The translations under genes were made by a program, and so were the position numbers. The notes beneath the pieces were generated by a model that saw only the letters and a program-made list of their open reading frames with translations, was not told where the DNA came from and ran no database searches. DNA of 54,709 nucleotides from Minisyncoccota bacterium. Lineage in GTDB: Bacteria > Patescibacteriota > Minisyncoccia > Phycocordibacterales > UBA6065. Below are positions 47,063 through 54,709 of the stretch, one piece after another (position 1 is the stretch's first letter; each line of letters begins with the position of its first letter). The DNA lies in contig DASZXL010000002.1 in assembly GCA_035545915.1 (NCBI GenBank), positions 1-54,709 on the forward strand, read 5' to 3'.

Positions 47063-47917
47063 CTACGGCTTCTTTATAGCCTTAAAAAATGTCTCGAGCG
47101 TCATAGCCGCGCCCGATGAATTCCTGTGGCCGCCTCCGCCGAGAAGCGTCGCTATGTCGAGGGCCGACGGCGTATGGGAATCGAGGCTTCGGAGGCTTAT
47201 CTTCACTCGATGCGCGTCGATGGTGAAGAGGGCGACGGCGCGATCGCGCTCTGTGGAGAGGATATTGCCGCCTTCTGATTTATAAGAGGTGATGTTATAG
47301 AAAGGCACCGTATATCCGCCGATCAGAAGATCGATCGGCTCGGTGCCTTTTATCGCATGCGCAAGCATGAAATCGGAATATGCCGATATGATGCGGCCAT
47401 TCTCTAGGGCGACATCGAGGGGTCCGTCGAGGAGCTTTCTGACTTCCTCGGGCTTATTGGAAAGGGGGTAAAGATAGCTCGCTATATATTTCGTATTGTC
47501 GCCGTGCTTCCAGTTCCAGAGATCAAAATCCTCGACGTATTTCACCAGTTCGGGAAGATGCTCGTCGGGGAAGAGATACGACCATGTCAGAGACGATCCG
47601 CATTTCGAATTGTCGAATACATAGGTGAAGGCCGCGTTTTCCTTCGCCAAAGCCTTGAATTCATCATTCACGCTTATGTGATGGTCGATAGACGTGACTT
47701 TGTGGCCGGCGGCGAGGAATGCCCGTACGCCGATGACGCAGTCGACGGTGAGTATCCGGTCGCCCGTCGATGCCTGCGCCGCGATCTCCGCCAATTCCTC
47801 CGGCGTCGCTCCGTGGCTCACGGCGAAAAGAAGCGCGTCCGGATATTTCTTGGCTACGATAGCCGCCGCAGTCGTGCCGTCGCTGCAGTCTTTGTGATAG
47901 AGGACAATAGTCTTCAT
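47063..47917 (-). CDS. DHH/DHHA1-family phosphoesterase
   Basis: Motifs HKDCSDG, TVDC, IDHH and GGGGHRNSSGA. Confidence 0.8.
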   Translation of the reverse strand: MKTIVLYHKDCSDGTTAAAIVAKKYPDALLFAVSHGATPEELAEIAAQASTGDRILTVDCVIGVRAFLAAGHKVTSIDHHISVNDEFKALAKENAAFTYVFDNSKCGSSLTWSYLFPDEHLPELVKYVEDFDLWNWKHGDNTKYIASYLYPLSNKPEEVRKLLDGPLDVALENGRIISAYSDFMLAHAIKGTEPIDLLIGGYTVPFYNITSYKSEGGNILSTERDRAVALFTIDAHRVKISLRSLDSHTPSALDIATLLGGGGHRNSSGAAMTLETFFKAIKKP

Positions 47918-47978
47918 CGATGCCCCAAGTCTATATGAGACAACGGCTTATGTACATACGTATTAGGTAAAGCATTCC

Positions 47979-49220
47979 ATGGAAAACGAAAAGAATAGCT
48001 TGTCCGTCTTGGTATACGTTACGATAGCCGCCGTCGTCGCGCTCTGCCTCGCGTTCGCTTTCAATATCGGGAATATCGCCAATTCCCGGCCGCCTGTATT
48101 CTCGAAGATCAATATGCTTCAGGCCCTATGGTATGAGTACAAGGCGAACTATCTCGAATCCGGCACGCTTCGCGCGCTCGACAAGCAGAGGGATAACATC
48201 ACTACGTCCGAAGGCCAGAGCTATTCCATGCTTCGCGCCGTCTGGATGGACGACAAGGCGACGTTCGACGCCGTCTGGCAGTGGACCAAGGACAATATGC
48301 AGAGAAGGGAGGATCATCTCGTGAGCTGGCTCTTCGGCGAGAGGGCAGACGGCTCGTACGGCGTCCTTTCCGCAGAGGGTGGCGCGAATTCGGCGTCCGA
48401 CGCGGACACCGATACGGCGCTCGCGCTTCTTTTCGCATGGAAGCGATGGAATTCCGAGTCGTATTTCGGCGACGCGATCGGGATCGTCCGGGACATATGG
48501 GAGAAGGAGGTCGTCCCTATAGGCGGTAAGCCCTATCTGGCCGCGAACAATGTGGAGAAGACTGCCGGGAAGAGCGATATCCTCGTAAATCCGTCCTATT
48601 TCGCTCCTTATGCGTACAAGATATTTGCGCAGGTCGATCCCGATCGAGATTGGCTCGGCGTCGCTTCGACTTCGTATGATGTTCTCGCAGAGAGCTCGCG
48701 TCTGCCGCTCGATAAGGCGGCGACGTCATTTCTGCCGCCCGACTGGATAACGATAGATCGATCGTCAGGGGCGATATCCCCGCCGCCCGCATCTGACGGC
48801 CTTACGACCGATTTCAGCTTCGACGCCATTCGCGTGCCGTGGAGGATTGCTCTCGACTATGCCTGGACCGGCGACCCGCGGGCGAAAGCGGCTCTCGGAA
48901 GGCTGGTATTCCTGTCGGACGAATGGAAGAAGAACGGCGCCATATATTCGTCGTACAGCCATGACGGCGAGCCTCTCTCTGATTCCGTTTCGCCCGCGAC
49001 ATACGGAGGCGTGATTGGCTATTTCGCGGCTCTCGGAGGCGAAGAGGGCGAGGCGGTATATAGGAAGCTCGAATCGCTCTATGATCCGAACGAATCGCGA
49101 TGGCTCACTCCTCAATCCTATTATGACGAGAATTGGGCATGGTTCGGCATGGCGCTCCAGGCGGGCGCGCTCCAAGACCTCTTTCTGGTGAAACCTAAGG
49201 CCTCGAACGGAACGCTCTAA
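47979..49220 (+). CDS. glycoside hydrolase family 8 (endo-beta-1,4-glucanase, BcsZ-like), membrane anchored
   Basis: N-terminal TM segment. Catalytic region TSEGQSYSMLRA. GH8 signature ASDADTDTALALLFAW. Confidence 0.85.
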   Translation: MENEKNSLSVLVYVTIAAVVALCLAFAFNIGNIANSRPPVFSKINMLQALWYEYKANYLESGTLRALDKQRDNITTSEGQSYSMLRAVWMDDKATFDAVWQWTKDNMQRREDHLVSWLFGERADGSYGVLSAEGGANSASDADTDTALALLFAWKRWNSESYFGDAIGIVRDIWEKEVVPIGGKPYLAANNVEKTAGKSDILVNPSYFAPYAYKIFAQVDPDRDWLGVASTSYDVLAESSRLPLDKAATSFLPPDWITIDRSSGAISPPPASDGLTTDFSFDAIRVPWRIALDYAWTGDPRAKAALGRLVFLSDEWKKNGAIYSSYSHDGEPLSDSVSPATYGGVIGYFAALGGEEGEAVYRKLESLYDPNESRWLTPQSYYDENWAWFGMALQAGALQDLFLVKPKASNGTL

Positions 49221-49232
49221 GCATATATCGAC

Positions 49233-50687
49233 ATGGAGGCGACTAAACCGAGGCTCTATATCGCTCTCTTGGTCGCGCTGGCCGCGACCCTATCGTTTTT
49301 CGTGTGGATGAGGCAGGGGATAACGCTCGATGAGGCTCAGAGCGTCTGGCAGACGTCAAGGACGTTGCCGGGAGTCATAAACGTCATAGCCAAGGACGTT
49401 CATGTGCCGCTCTACTTCGTCCTGCTCCATTTCTGGGAGCTCGCATTCGGCACGGGCGCGATCGCCCTTCGATCGCTTTCGGTTATATTCTTTCTCGCGT
49501 CGATACCGGCGATGTACGCTCTCGGCCGCGAGGCCTATTCGCGAAGGGTCGCATCCGTAGCGGCGCTCCTGACGGCTATATCGCCCTTTCTTAATTGGTA
49601 TGGATCGGAGGCGAGGATGTATTCTCTTATGTTCCTTGTCACCGCTCTGTCGCATCTCTGCTTCATCCGACTCTGGAAGCGGCCTGGTCCGGCGGTATGG
49701 ACGGCATTCGCTCTGACGAGCATCCTCGGCACGTTCACGCATCCTTTCTTCGTCTTTATCCTGTTCGTGCAGTGCGCCTTCTTCGTCATGAAGAGGGGTA
49801 TATTCCCCGAAGGGTCGACCTGGAGATTCTCGATCTCGGTATGCGCGGCCGGCGCCGCTGCGGGCGCGTGGCTCGTCTACCGCCATATCGCCGGCGCCGG
49901 CCTGACGAATCCCGTCCTCGCGCGACCCTCGTCGGTCGATCTCTCCAACGTATTCTCCAACTTCTTCATCGGCTTCCAGTCGGATTGGGTGAACGCGCTT
50001 ATCCTCTCGTTCTGGCCGCTCCTCGTCCTCGCATCCTTTACTTTCATCGCCCGAAAGCATCCACCGCGCCCCGAGACCTCGTATTTCGCGGCGGCGTCCT
50101 TTGTGCCGATAGCGCTCGCCTTCGTCGTCTCCGCGACGCTCCAGCCGATATTCCTTTCTCGATATCTCATCATATGCCTGCCATCGCTCTATGCTCTCGT
50201 CATATATCTCCTCTCCACATATCGGCGAGCCACGTCTGACATGCTGGTATCTGCGCTCGTCCTTGGCATGCTCGCGGCGCTCTCGGCGCAGGCGATCGAG
50301 CCTTCGTCGCCCGTCAAGGAAGGCTTCAGGGAGGCGGCTGCGTATGTGGAGCAGGGAATCATGCCGACGGATCTCTTCGTAGTATCTGCGCCGTTCCTCA
50401 CATACCCGGTCGAATATTACTACCGGGGCGCGGCCCGTCTGGATACGTTCCCGAAATGGGAGCGCTATGCCAAAGACTCCGTACCCGCGCCTTTCTCTAT
50501 GAACGACCTCGCGACGACCTCGGCGGCCTGGGCTAGGACGTATAACAGGCTCTTCCTTCTTCTCGGCTATGACCAGGGCTATAACGAAGATATACGCATA
50601 TATATGGACGAACATTACCAGAGGCTCGATACGCAGACGTTCTCGCGGGGTCTCGCGCTCTATGTTTACAAGCTCAGATATCCGTGA
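49233..50687 (+). CDS. GT-C fold glycosyltransferase (ArnT/PMT, GT39/GT83-like)
   Basis: 484 aa, ~10 TM segments. First extracytoplasmic loop has LDEAQ. The soluble C-terminal domain is typical of the family. Confidence 0.8.
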   Translation: MEATKPRLYIALLVALAATLSFFVWMRQGITLDEAQSVWQTSRTLPGVINVIAKDVHVPLYFVLLHFWELAFGTGAIALRSLSVIFFLASIPAMYALGREAYSRRVASVAALLTAISPFLNWYGSEARMYSLMFLVTALSHLCFIRLWKRPGPAVWTAFALTSILGTFTHPFFVFILFVQCAFFVMKRGIFPEGSTWRFSISVCAAGAAAGAWLVYRHIAGAGLTNPVLARPSSVDLSNVFSNFFIGFQSDWVNALILSFWPLLVLASFTFIARKHPPRPETSYFAAASFVPIALAFVVSATLQPIFLSRYLIICLPSLYALVIYLLSTYRRATSDMLVSALVLGMLAALSAQAIEPSSPVKEGFREAAAYVEQGIMPTDLFVVSAPFLTYPVEYYYRGAARLDTFPKWERYAKDSVPAPFSMNDLATTSAAWARTYNRLFLLLGYDQGYNEDIRIYMDEHYQRLDTQTFSRGLALYVYKLRYP

Positions 50688-50693
50688 TCACAT

Positions 50694-52250
50694 ATGCCAT
50701 CAAAAACCGAATTCCTCGCATCGACGCCGTCGAAGCTCATACTCATCGGGAACGTCCTTATGGTATTCGTGTATTTCTTCGTCATACTTCTGCTCTTTCC
50801 GCACGGGAACGAGGCGCTCTTCTGGGTGCTCATCGCAGGTGAGGTCTTTCACACGTGGCAGGCTCTCGCGTATCTCTATACCGTCTGGAAGCTTGATCAT
50901 AAAGCCGAGTTCGATCCCGATTTCTCGGGAGCTGTCGATGTGTTCATCACCGTATGCGGAGAGCCCGTCGATATCGTCGAGGAGACCGCCCGTGCCGCCC
51001 GCGACATGGACTATCCCTCTCATCGCGTTTATATATTGAACGACGGCTACGTCGCGGGGAAGGATAACTGGCAGGAGATCGAGGCTGCGGCCAAACGCCT
51101 CGGCATCGGCTGTCTAACGAGGCGAAAGCCGGGCGGCGCGAAAGCAGGCAACATAAATAACGCCCTCGGCGATACGAGAGCGCCCTATGTCGCGGTCTTT
51201 GACGCTGATCATGTTCCTCACCCCGATTTTCTCCGAAAGACGATGGGATATTTCAGAGATCCTAAGATGGGTTTCGTCCAGACGCCTCAATATTACAAGA
51301 ACGCCCATTTAAATGCGGTCACTCTATCGTCATGGGAGCAGCAGGAGCTCTTCTTCGGTCCCATATGTCGCGGTAAGAATAGGCTCGATTCTGCGACGAT
51401 GTGCGGCACGAATATGGTCATATCCCGCGCGGCTCTGATCGAGGCGGGCGGCATGTGCCAGGAATCGGTTGCCGAGGATTTTGCGACGGGACTCTTCATC
51501 CATGAGCATAGATGGAAATCGCTTTATGTTCCCGAGGTCCTGGCCGAAGGCTTGGCTCCGGAGGACTTCCTCTCATATACGAAACAGCAATTCAGATGGG
51601 CGAGGGGAGCGCTCGACGTCCTCTTCCGTTACGGCCTCGTATTCCGAAAGGGGCTTTCGCTCGGCCAAAAGGCGCAATACCTATCGTCGGTGTCATATTT
51701 TCTCTCGGGCATCGTCGTGATCATGAACATATCTCTGCCGCTCCTCTTCTTTTTTTTCGATCTTGTGCCCGTGAAGATCGACACGATGCTCCTTGCCGTG
51801 GTTTTCGTCCCCTATATGTTTCTCACCATAGGTGTCATGTCCACCACGTCGAACGGGAGATTCTCCTTCCGCGCCATATCCTTTTCCATGTGCTCATTCT
51901 GGATCCAGTTGAAGGCATTCTGGTCCGCGGTCACCAGACAGAAGGCGGGGTTCTCGGTGACCTCGAAGAAGGGCCTTCAGGGAAATTTTATCAGCCTCGC
52001 AGCGCCGCATATCGGCTATATCGCCCTCGCCCTCGCGGGCATGTGCGTTGCCCTCGCGCGCGAGGGCCTTTCGCCGTCGGTCGTCAATAACGTAGCTTGG
52101 TCCGCGTTCAATATCGGTATGTTCCTGCCGTATATCGCGGCGGCCGCGCCCGAAGGATTTATCCGTACGCGCTTCGCGCTCGGCTATTCGGCCATGTTCC
52201 TGCCGCCGAAACCTCTGGAGGCCAAGCTCAAGGTTATGGTCAAGCGATAG
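50694..52250 (+). CDS. processive GT2 beta-glycan synthase (cellulose synthase BcsA-like, no PilZ domain)
   Basis: FDADH, VAEDFATG (TED-type) and QQFRWARGA (QxxRW), flanked by N- and C-terminal TM bundles. Confidence 0.85.
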   Translation: MPSKTEFLASTPSKLILIGNVLMVFVYFFVILLLFPHGNEALFWVLIAGEVFHTWQALAYLYTVWKLDHKAEFDPDFSGAVDVFITVCGEPVDIVEETARAARDMDYPSHRVYILNDGYVAGKDNWQEIEAAAKRLGIGCLTRRKPGGAKAGNINNALGDTRAPYVAVFDADHVPHPDFLRKTMGYFRDPKMGFVQTPQYYKNAHLNAVTLSSWEQQELFFGPICRGKNRLDSATMCGTNMVISRAALIEAGGMCQESVAEDFATGLFIHEHRWKSLYVPEVLAEGLAPEDFLSYTKQQFRWARGALDVLFRYGLVFRKGLSLGQKAQYLSSVSYFLSGIVVIMNISLPLLFFFFDLVPVKIDTMLLAVVFVPYMFLTIGVMSTTSNGRFSFRAISFSMCSFWIQLKAFWSAVTRQKAGFSVTSKKGLQGNFISLAAPHIGYIALALAGMCVALAREGLSPSVVNNVAWSAFNIGMFLPYIAAAAPEGFIRTRFALGYSAMFLPPKPLEAKLKVMVKR

Positions 52251-52863
52251 GGTTTCCGTCCGTCTCTTTGTCCGCTTTTCTCTCTCGTTTGGCCGAATTC
52301 CTGAGGGCGAGAGCGAAGGTCGCTCCGTTCATGATGAAAAGCGACACCGGCAGGAGCGCGATCACGAATGTCCATGACGATATGGCCGCGAGATTGAACG
52401 CCGAGCCAAGGAAAAAGAGCGTCCAGCCCTCGAGGTCGAGCTCCTCGGGCGTCATCGGATCCTTATAGAGGCGCGCTATGACAGGGATGTATCCGATGAA
52501 GCCGATCGTCATATTTAGAGCGAGCGCGATAAGAGGCGTATCGAACCTGAACCATCGTATGGACGATATCATGACGACGACGAAGGCGAGGCCCTCGAAT
52601 TTTCCCCATGCCTGCCTGCCGTATTTGAATGAAAGCAGGGTGATGGCGAGCGAGCCGAGGAAATAGGCGATAGGAACCCATATCGTGGAGCGGGCGCCGA
52701 GCGCCCAGTAGCTCATGACGATGAGGATATTCGAGAGCGTCCAGACGAGCCACGACGCGCGCTTGGGAACGGACTTGCCCTTGAGGATCGTCCTGGCATA
52801 CGGAACATAGCCTGCCAGGGAGCAGACTCCGCCTATCACCCCGAGGTAGGACATCATGGTCAT
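52240..52863 (-). CDS. hypothetical 6-7 TM membrane protein
   Basis: 207 aa, almost entirely hydrophobic helices. 11-nt convergent overlap with the synthase gene. Confidence 0.6.
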   Translation of the reverse strand: MTMMSYLGVIGGVCSLAGYVPYARTILKGKSVPKRASWLVWTLSNILIVMSYWALGARSTIWVPIAYFLGSLAITLLSFKYGRQAWGKFEGLAFVVVMISSIRWFRFDTPLIALALNMTIGFIGYIPVIARLYKDPMTPEELDLEGWTLFFLGSAFNLAAISSWTFVIALLPVSLFIMNGATFALALRNSAKRERKADKETDGNPIA

Positions 52864-52936
52864 ATAAAGCTATGTCGTCGGCCCTATTATAGCCCTTTAT
52901 GCACCGATATGAGAAGATAGAGCGTACTAGAACTAT

Positions 52937-53416
52937 ATGAAAACATACGGCACCAAGTTCGTTGTCAGTCTCGTGGCCTTTGTGGCTATTATCGGCGCCC
53001 TCTTCGCATACGTATCCCGATCAGGAGGTAAGGACGAGTCTTTGACCGACACAGCCGCGACCGCTGCTTCGACCACTCCGCCCGTCGCCGAGAGTCCGAT
53101 CGACGCGCCGAAGGCTATGAAGTATAAAGACGGCACGTATACGGCGCGCGGCACGTATCAGTCGCCGGCCGGACTCGAATCGATCGACGTCACGCTCACG
53201 CTTAAAGGCGATGTAGTCACCGATGCCTCCGTCGTGTCGCATGCGACCATAGCCCAGTCGATAAATTTCCAGGGTAAGTTCATATCCGGCTTCAAGGCAC
53301 TCGTCGTCGGCCAGGATATAGATTCGATCAAGCTCGATAAGGTATCGGGCTCGTCCCTCACTCCGAAGGGTTTCAATAGCGCGGTCACAGAGATCAAAGC
53401 CGAGGCTGCGGCATAG
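52937..53416 (+). CDS. membrane-anchored FMN-binding domain protein (flavinylation substrate)
   Basis: N-terminal TM segment. FMN_bind-type C-terminus with an acceptor motif LDKVSGSSLTPKGF (compare D-x-x-S-G-A-T). Confidence 0.75.
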   Translation: MKTYGTKFVVSLVAFVAIIGALFAYVSRSGGKDESLTDTAATAASTTPPVAESPIDAPKAMKYKDGTYTARGTYQSPAGLESIDVTLTLKGDVVTDASVVSHATIAQSINFQGKFISGFKALVVGQDIDSIKLDKVSGSSLTPKGFNSAVTEIKAEAAA

Positions 53417-53418
53417 CG

Positions 53419-54291
53419 ATGGCGTCCCGTTTCGAATTCGAGGCTATAGGCACGTCATGGGTCATCGATATACCGGAGGCTCTGTCTATGGATAAAGAGC
53501 GGGCGCTTATCGATGCGATAAAAACGCGTATTGCGGATTTCGATGGGGCCTATTCGCGCTTCCGTGATGATTCGCTCGTTGCCCGCATATCTCGTGCCGC
53601 GGGCGAATATCGGTTACCCGACGATGCGGCGCCCATGATAGCGCTTTATCGCGAGATTTATGATTTGACCGGAGGTCTCGTAACGCCTTTGATAGGACGG
53701 ACCTTGTCCGATGCCGGATACGACGCCGCTTATACGCTCCGGCCGAAGGCCGACATCGCTCGCCCCAAGCGCTGGGAGGATGTCATGGAATATGAGCATC
53801 CGATACTGCGCGTCAAAGAGCCGGTCCTTCTCGATTTCGGCGCGTTAGGGAAGGGCTATCTCATCGATATCGTCGCAGGCATCATCCGCGAGCGGGGCAT
53901 CGACGTCTACACCGTCGATGCGGGCGGAGATATGGCATATCGAGGCGCGCATCCGCTCCGCGTCGGGCTCGAGGATCCCGCCGATTCGAAAAAGGCCCTC
54001 GGCATCGCGTATGTATCGAGCGGTCAGAGCGTCTGCGGATCGGCGGGAAACAGGCGCGCGTGGGACAGATTCCATCACATTATGGATCCGAGGACCGCCG
54101 AATCGCCGCGCCATATCGCCGGCCTCTGGGTCGTTGCCGATACGACCATGCTCGCTGACGCTATATCGACCGCGCTTTTCTTCGTCGGCCCCGAAAGGCT
54201 CTCGAAATACTCGTTCGAATACGCCATCGTATTCGCCGACAGATCCGCTGTGAAATCAGCTAGATTCGCAGGGGAGTTCTTCGGGGCCTGA
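53419..54291 (+). CDS. apbE: FAD:protein FMN transferase ApbE
   Basis: DFGALGKGYLID, VDAGGDM, HHIMDPRTA. Confidence 0.88.
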   Translation: MASRFEFEAIGTSWVIDIPEALSMDKERALIDAIKTRIADFDGAYSRFRDDSLVARISRAAGEYRLPDDAAPMIALYREIYDLTGGLVTPLIGRTLSDAGYDAAYTLRPKADIARPKRWEDVMEYEHPILRVKEPVLLDFGALGKGYLIDIVAGIIRERGIDVYTVDAGGDMAYRGAHPLRVGLEDPADSKKALGIAYVSSGQSVCGSAGNRRAWDRFHHIMDPRTAESPRHIAGLWVVADTTMLADAISTALFFVGPERLSKYSFEYAIVFADRSAVKSARFAGEFFGA

Positions 54292-54320
54292 GGAGGTATA
54301 CTTATATCGAGTACAAACAT

Positions 54321-54709
54321 ATGCAAAAACTTCAAACATTCGCTCCGACTCTCTTGCGCATAGGCATGGCGCTTCTCTTCCTTTGGTTCGGCACCAATCA
54401 ATTCATCGATACGGCCGCATGGACGGCGTATGTTCCTCAATGGGTCGTCGATGCGTCGCCCGTATCCGTCGAGGCTCTAGTCCATATCAACGGCGCTATC
54501 GAGATAATATTCGGCACGGCGCTCCTTCTCGGCTTCTTTACGCGCATCGCGGGGTTCATATTGGCTCTCCATATGGTCCATATAGCGACTCTCGTCGGAT
54601 ACAATGCGACCGGCGTCCGTGATTTTGGCCTTGCTATAGCGACTATAGCGGTGTGGCTTAACGGGCCTGACGCATGGACTTTAGACAGATATAATACAAG
54701 GGTTATAAG
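54321..54709 (+). CDS. DoxX-family membrane protein (3' end beyond the window)
   Basis: My own translation from ATG 54321: MQKLQTFAPTLLRIGMALLFLWFGTNQF...AIEIIFGTALLLGFFTRIAGFILALHM. No stop before the window end. Confidence 0.65.
   Translation, partial: MQKLQTFAPTLLRIGMALLFLWFGTNQFIDTAAWTAYVPQWVVDASPVSVEALVHINGAIEIIFGTALLLGFFTRIAGFILALHMVHIATLVGYNATGVRDFGLAIATIAVWLNGPDAWTLDRYNTRVI

Overview
Gene-dense 54.7 kb chromosomal window. About 60 protein genes, 7 tRNA genes, no rRNA, no CRISPR array, no recognisable transposase, integrase or phage genes. The content looks like a small-genome, uncultivated Patescibacteria/CPR-type bacterium: a type IV pilus/competence locus, many membrane-anchored hypothetical proteins, giant surface proteins, and no biosynthetic operons. 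That assignment is inference only. Order of content: recG; a cysteine-free MutY-like glycosylase; an ABC-2 exporter; tRNA-Ser; a membrane-anchored IGPS (TrpC)-like protein; a matrixin-like protease; comF divergent from a complete type IV pilus locus (pilM, N-like, O-like, pilB, receiver domain, pilT, pilC, 3 pilins, pilD, 4 minor pilins); ligA; a 1578-aa beta-helix surface protein ending in a peptidoglycan-binding domain; gatCA; tRNA-fMet; tRNA-Met and tRNA-Asp; an ECF sigma/anti-sigma pair downstream of two tRNA-Thr genes; prfB; ftsE and ftsX separated by a 980-aa surface protein; a second ECF sigma/anti-sigma pair followed by a MacAB-like efflux module; a glycan locus (GtrB-like GT2, GtrA, GH8, GT-C/ArnT-like, BcsA-like synthase); and an FMN-binding protein with ApbE and DoxX. 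Most interesting observations: (1) three tRNA genes are each preceded by a degenerate copy of their own 5' acceptor/D-arm carrying the same CAG-to-GTT change; (2) an orphan ~160-nt transcription unit with a consensus-like promoter and a strong intrinsic terminator lies just upstream of prfB; (3) RF2 lacks the programmed frameshift and most of domain 1; (4) many genes have a -10 box 6-8 nt before the ATG, suggesting leaderless mRNAs; (5) ftsE and ftsX are interrupted; (6) a ~450-bp palindrome-rich non-coding region. I could not identify a defence system or mobile element. All functional calls rest on motif recognition by eye, not on searches.
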